64,000 nucleotides of DNA from Anaerolineales bacterium (GTDB taxonomy: Bacteria > Chloroflexota > Anaerolineae > Anaerolineales > E44-bin32): the NCBI GenBank assembly GCA_035281845.1, contig DATEVL010000038.1, forward strand, positions 9,785-73,784, written 5' to 3'. Positions 58,357 to 64,000 of the stretch are shown piece by piece. The notes beneath the pieces are model-generated. The model ran no database searches, was not told the origin of the DNA, and saw only the letters and a list, made by a program, of their open reading frames with translations. Within the stretch, counting starts at the first letter, position 1, and the number at the start of each line of letters is the position of its first letter. The translations under genes were made by a program, and so were the position numbers.

Positions 58357-59580
58357 TCATGCCAACGCCGCTTCCACCGCAGCGTAGGCGCTCGCCAGAT
58401 CGATTCCCTGGCGGCAGCCTTCTGTGCTGCGGTCGGCGCCGCCGAGGATCCCGCCGGCGGCGTACAGATTCTCGAAGTAAGGTCGGCCGCGACGATCACA
58501 GGGCCTGCGCCGAGAATCAAGCCGGAGGCCGAAACGCGAGAAGGGTTGGCTTTCGAACAGGGACGGAGCCGTCCAGTCCTCGCGGTCCTCCGGGGCTTCG
58601 AGTGGGAGTCCGAAGACCGAGTCTTGCACTTCCCCATTGGCAAAGCTCATCCACCCGCCGTGCAGGGCGCCGCCGGTCGCCAGCAGGACGGCTTGCGAAC
58701 GGAAGACGCGGGGCCCGCCGGCGGTCGTGGCGACCACTCCCGAGACTCGCCTGCCGGCGCTGCGACCGTCCACTTCACCCCGCACGGATGGCCCCTCGAT
58801 CACTTCCACTCCGCTGGCGACGGCCAACCGTCGCAGGGCTCTCTCAAGGCGTAGGCCAGGAAGGCTGGGAGGCAAGGTCGGGATCTCGAAAAGGGACACG
58901 CCTAAACGCTGCTCCATCGCCGTGAAGACTTCGAGCGAGTGATCTCCTCCCAGAATCGCAGGCAATCCGAGCCGCGTCACTCCTTTCATGTGAGGCGTCC
59001 AATCCCGGTACAAGGACTCGCGATAGCCGGGATCTTCCAGAAGCCTCGCAAGATCATGGGCGTAGAGATCGCGGGCTCGCGCGGGAACCGGCAGATCGAT
59101 CGTCCCGGCGACGTTGACGCCGCGCGCCCGAAACGCCGAGGTCGCCAGATCCGCCGAAAAATCTCGCAATCCGCCAATTCGGCCAAGATGGAACGGGGTA
59201 GGATCGTCGAGAGACCCTGCGGCGAGGCTGTACGGTGCTGCGGCCGTCACGTGGACGGATCCCAGGGCGGTCGGCAGGCGGAGAACGCGGTCGGGCGCGG
59301 CGACGTAGGGAAGACGAGCCTCCTGCGCCAATTGCAGAAACTCGGACAGGGCCTCGGCGCGCACCTCGCGCGGCAGTTCAGAGAGCGGGTGGCCTCGCCC
59401 GAGGGATCTACGCGCAAAGCGAATGTCGCCGTTGCGCCAGATGTCGACGCAACCATGGGAAAGAGAAAGCCCGCCGCGCCCTTCGGCGATCAAGCGCACG
59501 GTGGCGCCTCTTCGAGCCGCCAACACGGCTGAGAATAACCCCGTCAGCCCCTGGCCGACGATCAGCAAGGTGGGGCTCAT
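58357..59580 (-). CDS. glpB: Anaerobic glycerol-3-phosphate dehydrogenase subunit B (407 aa)
   Basis: LLIVGQGLTGLFSAVLAARRG dinucleotide-binding start. The ATG overlaps the glpA stop (ATGA). The long ORF-track extension lies inside glpA. Confidence 0.85.
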   Translation of the reverse strand: MSPTLLIVGQGLTGLFSAVLAARRGATVRLIAEGRGGLSLSHGCVDIWRNGDIRFARRSLGRGHPLSELPREVRAEALSEFLQLAQEARLPYVAAPDRVLRLPTALGSVHVTAAAPYSLAAGSLDDPTPFHLGRIGGLRDFSADLATSAFRARGVNVAGTIDLPVPARARDLYAHDLARLLEDPGYRESLYRDWTPHMKGVTRLGLPAILGGDHSLEVFTAMEQRLGVSLFEIPTLPPSLPGLRLERALRRLAVASGVEVIEGPSVRGEVDGRSAGRRVSGVVATTAGGPRVFRSQAVLLATGGALHGGWMSFANGEVQDSVFGLPLEAPEDREDWTAPSLFESQPFSRFGLRLDSRRRPCDRRGRPYFENLYAAGGILGGADRSTEGCRQGIDLASAYAAVEAALA

Positions 59581-61133
59581 CCTGGCGTCGTTTCGGCTTG
59601 TTCGGCGCCAAGCAGTTCGAGCTGCACCCGGCGAAGCATTTCGAGCTGACGGAGACCGCGCCCCCAGGCGAGAGGGCGAAGTCCGCGCCAGCGTTCTTGA
59701 ACGAAGTCGGCGAATCCACCGTCGGGGGGTGGGTCGCCGAGAAGAGTGCTGGCCAGTCCTGCCGCGCGATAGGCGCAGAAGGCTCCCTGGCATGGCCCCA
59801 TCCCGAGGCGCAGGTCGCGGCGGATGTCGTCGAGGTCGGTGGATACGGCGTCTTGGAGCGCCTGGGCCAGATCCCGACGAGCGATGGCCTCGCATTCGCA
59901 CAAGACCGCCTCCTCGTCCGAGCGCCCACTCGCCGGATGCAACTTCGGAAGACGGTCGCCTACGGCGTAGTGGCGGCGAGAAGCGGCCGGCAGCGGAGTC
60001 GACTCGGTGCGGCATTCCCGGACAGCGGGCGTCCGCGCTGAGAACGTGTCGACGGTGTCCTGCGCCATCTTGCGGAACGTCGTGAGCTTGCCCCCCAGGA
60101 TCGTGAGGAACCCGGGGAGGCCGTCCGAGGACTCGTGGTCGAGAACGGCGTGGGCGCGAGGCAACTCGCGGTTGGCGACGGCTCGATCCGCGGGCTGGTA
60201 CAGCGCTCGGATGCCGGCCCAAGCGCGAAGAGCGCGATGCCGGCGCAAGGAAGGGATCATCACCTGACCCTCGGCCATCAGCAAATCGATTTCCCAGGCT
60301 TCCATCGTCAGGTCAGTCGGACCGCGAACCGGGATATCGGTTGTGCCAAGCACACAGACCGTGCCGACGGGGACGATGATGTCCCCATCGTGGGGCGGCT
60401 TGCAGCGGTTGAGCACGGTGTGGGTCAGACGGGAGCCCATGGCGATCATCGTCCCCTTGCCCAGCGCCAGAGGAATGTGGATGCCGGTCATAGCGGCCAC
60501 GACGCCGGCGTACGGACCGGCGGCGTTGACGACGGTCTGCGCCTCGATTTGAAACGTGCTCTGATCGGCGAGGGAAACGATGCGGGCCAGCATCCCGTGA
60601 CCGTGGGACACCAAACCGGTGACGCGGTGGCGAGTGAGCAAGACCCCACCGGCCTGGTGCACCCCTTCGGCGAGGGCATGCAGGAGCTCGAAAGAGTCGA
60701 GAGCGGCGTCACGCACTTCGAAGGCCCGCGACAGGTGTGGTGTGAGTAGGGGTTCACGACGGAGGGCGGACCCCGGCGGGATCTCTTCGACCGGCACGCC
60801 GATTTCCCGGCAGGCGGCCAGCCAGCGATCTGCGTATTCCGCGGGATCGTGGTCCGTGCTCAGGAAGAATCCGCCCGTTGCCTCAATCGTGTGGGGGACG
60901 ATCCGGCGCAGGACTTCGTTTTCTCGCCAGCAGTCTCCGGCCGACCCGGGGTCACTCAGGACGTATCGGGCGCCACTATGGAGCAAGCCGTGATAACGGC
61001 CGGAGGTCCCTTGGCCAAGGTCACCCTGTTCGACGACGGTCACGCTGTAGCCGCGCAGGCAGGCGTCCCAGGCAACGCCCAGGCCGGTGGCCCCGGCGCC
61101 AATGATCAGGATTTCGGAAGATCGTGTCGTCAT
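59577..61133 (-). CDS. glpA: Anaerobic glycerol-3-phosphate dehydrogenase subunit A
   Basis: ILIIGAGATGLGVAWDACLRG...GTSGRYHGLLHSGARY, and a C-terminal BFD-like CECE...CQGAFC. Confidence 0.9.
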   Translation of the reverse strand: MTTRSSEILIIGAGATGLGVAWDACLRGYSVTVVEQGDLGQGTSGRYHGLLHSGARYVLSDPGSAGDCWRENEVLRRIVPHTIEATGGFFLSTDHDPAEYADRWLAACREIGVPVEEIPPGSALRREPLLTPHLSRAFEVRDAALDSFELLHALAEGVHQAGGVLLTRHRVTGLVSHGHGMLARIVSLADQSTFQIEAQTVVNAAGPYAGVVAAMTGIHIPLALGKGTMIAMGSRLTHTVLNRCKPPHDGDIIVPVGTVCVLGTTDIPVRGPTDLTMEAWEIDLLMAEGQVMIPSLRRHRALRAWAGIRALYQPADRAVANRELPRAHAVLDHESSDGLPGFLTILGGKLTTFRKMAQDTVDTFSARTPAVRECRTESTPLPAASRRHYAVGDRLPKLHPASGRSDEEAVLCECEAIARRDLAQALQDAVSTDLDDIRRDLRLGMGPCQGAFCAYRAAGLASTLLGDPPPDGGFADFVQERWRGLRPLAWGRGLRQLEMLRRVQLELLGAEQAETTPG

Positions 61134-61242
61134 GATGAGTGGTCAGTGGTCAGTGGTGAGTGGTCAGTGAATGCGATTGGTTGCAAAGTATCGGTTCCTG
61201 GTCGCCGTCAAGGCTGACCACTGACCACCGACCACTGACCAC
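61134..61242. repeat. Inverted heptamer arrays: GGTCAGT-type x5 (61134-61168) and TGACCAC x4 (61215-61242) around a 45-46-nt spacer
   Basis: Read directly. The arms can pair over about 28 bp with about 2 mismatches. The element fills the GNAT-glpA intergenic region. Confidence 0.9.
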
Positions 61243-61247
61243 TCTCT

Positions 61248-61742
61248 TTAGGATGACCTCGGCAAGTCACCCATCGGTTGGGTGGGCCGGTCGGCCTTGC
61301 GCATGGCCTCCAGGTCGCGGACGAATTCCAGGGTGGTGGCCGAGATCTCGTAACCGAGAGCGGTAAAGAACGCGTGGGCATCGGTTCGAATGACATCGGT
61401 TCGCAGCAGTAGGCGCGCCCGGCCGGACTCGAGCGCCCAGGTCTCGGCGGCGGCGATCAGATGGCGTCCGACCCCTCGACGCCGATACGATCGGGCGACA
61501 AGGAGGGCAACAACCTCGGCGGTCTCTTCTGAAGTGAGGTCGCGTGCGACGCGCAGATGCGCAAAACCGGCGACGTGCTCGCCGTCCAGCCCCAGAAGGA
61601 GACGATCTTCCTTCGGGAGACTTTCCAGTCGTCGGCGGAATTCTTCCGGGCCGAAGCGGACTCCGGCGTCGCTCAGCATCGCATGGAGCTGGACCAGATG
61701 GGGCTCGGGAGGGTGGCGGGTGCGGATGATTTGGAGGTTCAT
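61248..61742 (-). CDS. GNAT family N-acetyltransferase (164 aa)
   Basis: The VARSYRRRGVGRHLIAAAETWA motif A (Q/RxxGxG/A). Confidence 0.8.
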   Translation of the reverse strand: MNLQIIRTRHPPEPHLVQLHAMLSDAGVRFGPEEFRRRLESLPKEDRLLLGLDGEHVAGFAHLRVARDLTSEETAEVVALLVARSYRRRGVGRHLIAAAETWALESGRARLLLRTDVIRTDAHAFFTALGYEISATTLEFVRDLEAMRKADRPTQPMGDLPRSS

Positions 61743-61749
61743 GCGGGCC

Positions 61750-63276
61750 TCACGCGTTCGCCTCGGGGGCGGCCCAGTCCCGAGCGCGGCGTACCGCCTC
61801 TTGCCAGCGAATATAGCGCTGATCACGTTCGTCCTGTGACATGGCAGGGACGAATTCCCGGTCCAGTGTCCAGACGCGTTCCAGGTCTGCCACCGATGAC
61901 CAGACGCCAGCCGATAGTCCGGCGAGCATCGCCGCGCCCAAGGCGGTCGTCTCGCTCTGGGTCGGCCGCTGGACGGGCGTCCCCAGAAGATCGGCTTGGA
62001 GCTGAAGCAGGAGGTCGTTGCGGGCGGCGCCTCCGTCGACGCGCAGGGCATGAAGAGCAAGTCCGGCGTCGCGCTGCATGGCTTCCAACACGTCTCGCGT
62101 TTGAAAGGCGATGGCCTCGAGCGTGGCCCGGGCCAGGTGCGCGCGGGTCGAGCCGCGCGTCAACCCGACGATCGTCCCGCGTGCATACGGATCCCAGTAC
62201 GGCGCTCCCAACCCGACCAGGGCCGGCACAAAGACGACGCCGCCGCTGTCGGGAACGGAGGCGGCCAGCGATTCGACCTCACTCGATTCGCGGATGATGC
62301 GCAATCCGTCGCGCAGCCACTGGACGGCGGCGCCGGCGATGAAGATGCTGCCCTCCAGAGCAAACGCCGCCGCCTCTGGACTCCCCGTGGAACGGTCGCG
62401 CAATTGCCATGCAGCCGTTGTCAACAATCCGCTGGTGGACGGGACGGGCTGCATTCCCGTATGGAGCAGCAGAAAGCAGCCGGTCCCGTAGGTGTTCTTC
62501 GCCATGCCGGGTTGGAAACAGGATTGCCCAAAGAGGGCCGCCTGTTGATCCCCGGCGATCCCCGCTATAGGAATCCGGCCGCCCAGCGCCTCGGCGGTGG
62601 TCTCGCCGAGCATCTGGCTGGACGAGACAACTTGCGGAAGGATGCCCTCGGGGATGCGAAGCTCCTGGAGGAGGAACGGATCCCAGGTGAGGGTCGACAG
62701 GTTGAAGAGCATCGTGCGCGAGGCATTCGAAACGTCGGTGGCGTGGATCGCGCCATCGGTTAGGCGCCACAGCAAGAACGAGTCAATCGTCCCGAAGGCC
62801 AACCGCCTGTCCTCGGCAAGCCGGCGTGCGCCGTCCACATGGTCCAACAGCCAGGCCACTTTGGTTCCGGAGAAGTAGGCGTCGATCACCAGGCCCGTTC
62901 GCCGGCGCACTTCATCCTCGAGGCCACGCGCCTTGAGCTGTTGGCACATCGATGCGGTGCGGCGGCACTGCCAAACGATGGCGTTGTGGATGGGTTTTCC
63001 CGTCGCCCGGTCCCAGAGGACCGTCGTCTCGCGCTGATTCGTGATGCCTACAGCGGCGACTTCCTGCGGCCGGACGCCCGCCTGGGCTAGCACCTGGCGC
63101 GCCGTTTCGAGCTGGCTCGACCAGATGATCTCGGGGTCATGCTCGACCCAACCCGGATGCGGATAGATCTGGGCGAAATCCTTCTGCGCCGAAGCGACGG
63201 CGCGGCCGCCCTCATCGAACAGTATGCTCCTCGAGGAGGTCGTACCTTGATCGAGGGCAAGCACGAAGCCGGGCAC
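61750..63276 (-). CDS. glpK: Glycerol kinase
   Basis: [26 protein letters not shown] and GGAARN motifs. Confidence 0.92.
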   Translation of the reverse strand: MPGFVLALDQGTTSSRSILFDEGGRAVASAQKDFAQIYPHPGWVEHDPEIIWSSQLETARQVLAQAGVRPQEVAAVGITNQRETTVLWDRATGKPIHNAIVWQCRRTASMCQQLKARGLEDEVRRRTGLVIDAYFSGTKVAWLLDHVDGARRLAEDRRLAFGTIDSFLLWRLTDGAIHATDVSNASRTMLFNLSTLTWDPFLLQELRIPEGILPQVVSSSQMLGETTAEALGGRIPIAGIAGDQQAALFGQSCFQPGMAKNTYGTGCFLLLHTGMQPVPSTSGLLTTAAWQLRDRSTGSPEAAAFALEGSIFIAGAAVQWLRDGLRIIRESSEVESLAASVPDSGGVVFVPALVGLGAPYWDPYARGTIVGLTRGSTRAHLARATLEAIAFQTRDVLEAMQRDAGLALHALRVDGGAARNDLLLQLQADLLGTPVQRPTQSETTALGAAMLAGLSAGVWSSVADLERVWTLDREFVPAMSQDERDQRYIRWQEAVRRARDWAAPEANA

Positions 63277-63291
63277 GCTGCCTCGAGGGAC

Positions 63292-63948
63292 TCAGGCGCT
63301 CCGCAGGAAGACGCGATCGTAGAAGATGGCCGCCAATCCGCCACCGAGCAGGGGTCCGATGAAGTAGACGTACAGGTCGGTGAAATTGCCCATGGCCAAC
63401 GCCGGTCCGAAGGAGCGCGCCGGGTTCATGGAAGCTCCGGTCAGCGGGCCGCCCATCAGGATGTCCATGCTAAGGACCAGGCCGATGGCGACGGCAGCGG
63501 CGTTGCCGCCACGCCCAGCGACCGCAGAGCCGAAGACTGCGGTCACCAGGAAGAAGGTCAGGACCGCCTCGATGACGATCGCCTGCCAGATGGAGACAGA
63601 GGCTGCGGGGAGGGTCATGCCTATGTTCCCCTGCGTGCCGATCAAGGCGCGAAGGAGGAAGGCGGCAACGGCGGCCCCCAACAGCTGGACGATCCAGTAC
63701 CGGACCGCACGCGGCCAAGGGAACCGGCCGGTGATCGCAAGACCGAAAGTAACCGCGGGGTTGACATGACCGCCCGAGATCGCTCCCCATGCGTAGATGA
63801 TGATCATGAGGGCCAGCCCATGAGCGAGGGCGACGCCGACCAGCCCGCCGCTCGAAGTTCCGGCTACAGCCAGCGCCTGGGCACCGGCGCCAATAAACAC
63901 CAACGTGAACGTCCCAACGAATTCGGCGAGCTCAGCTCGGATGTTCAT
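63292..63948 (-). CDS. glpF: MIP-family glycerol uptake facilitator / aquaporin
   Basis: Two NPA boxes (HVNPAVTF, SMNPARSF) and six hydrophobic segments. Confidence 0.9.
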   Translation of the reverse strand: MNIRAELAEFVGTFTLVFIGAGAQALAVAGTSSGGLVGVALAHGLALMIIIYAWGAISGGHVNPAVTFGLAITGRFPWPRAVRYWIVQLLGAAVAAFLLRALIGTQGNIGMTLPAASVSIWQAIVIEAVLTFFLVTAVFGSAVAGRGGNAAAVAIGLVLSMDILMGGPLTGASMNPARSFGPALAMGNFTDLYVYFIGPLLGGGLAAIFYDRVFLRSA

Positions 63949-64000
63949 TCATCCCTCCGAATCAGGATTGACCCGGCCGCATGACCCCATGGCTTGCCGG

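Noticed and set aside
61170-61214. Internal promoter TTGACG/TACTTT in the loop of the glp inverted repeat
   Set aside because: The spacer is only 15 nt and the -10 lacks the TG extension seen in other promoters here. It is mentioned in the finding but not annotated as a feature.

Overview
GC-rich (roughly two-thirds G+C by eye) bacterial chromosomal segment. The gene content and sequence style suggest a Chloroflexota-like organism, but this is inference only: T-box leader, solitary mevalonate-pathway gene, PD40/TolB-like proteins, TGnTATAAT extended -10 boxes, several apparently leaderless genes, and many GC-rich palindromic intergenic repeats. I can support about 55 protein genes, 2 tRNAs (Asp-GUC, His-GUG), one Ile T-box riboswitch, several intrinsic terminators and promoter-like boxes, and at least three families of short dispersed or tandem repeats. 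I found no rRNA, CRISPR array, transposase, integrase or prophage genes. The backbone is housekeeping: alaX-like/ileS/lspA/rluD/ltaE, dprA/manC-like/topA, greA, dgt, nnr, cysteine desulfurase/mnmA, eno, radC, rseP, mvaD, hisS, hutH-like, selB, and a long minus-strand glycerol operon (glpF-glpK-GNAT-glpA-glpB-glpC-amidohydrolase). The most unusual items are: (1) a low-GC leader next to a SARP regulator, with exact tandem 11-mers, an SD-led mini-ORF and a terminator, upstream of a small-protein / HEXXH-less ImmA-like gene pair; (2) a hisS leader with a near-leaderless 16-codon mini-ORF carrying tandem His codons, followed by an intrinsic terminator; (3) a four-gene cluster of three polytopic membrane proteins (one a degenerate Nuo/Mrp antiporter-like subunit) plus a 398-aa coiled-coil protein; (4) heptamer tandem arrays, one forming a ~28-bp inverted structure inside the glp operon; (5) inverted mosaic GC-rich repeats about 30 kb apart. 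All functional calls come from motif recognition by eye. No database search was run.
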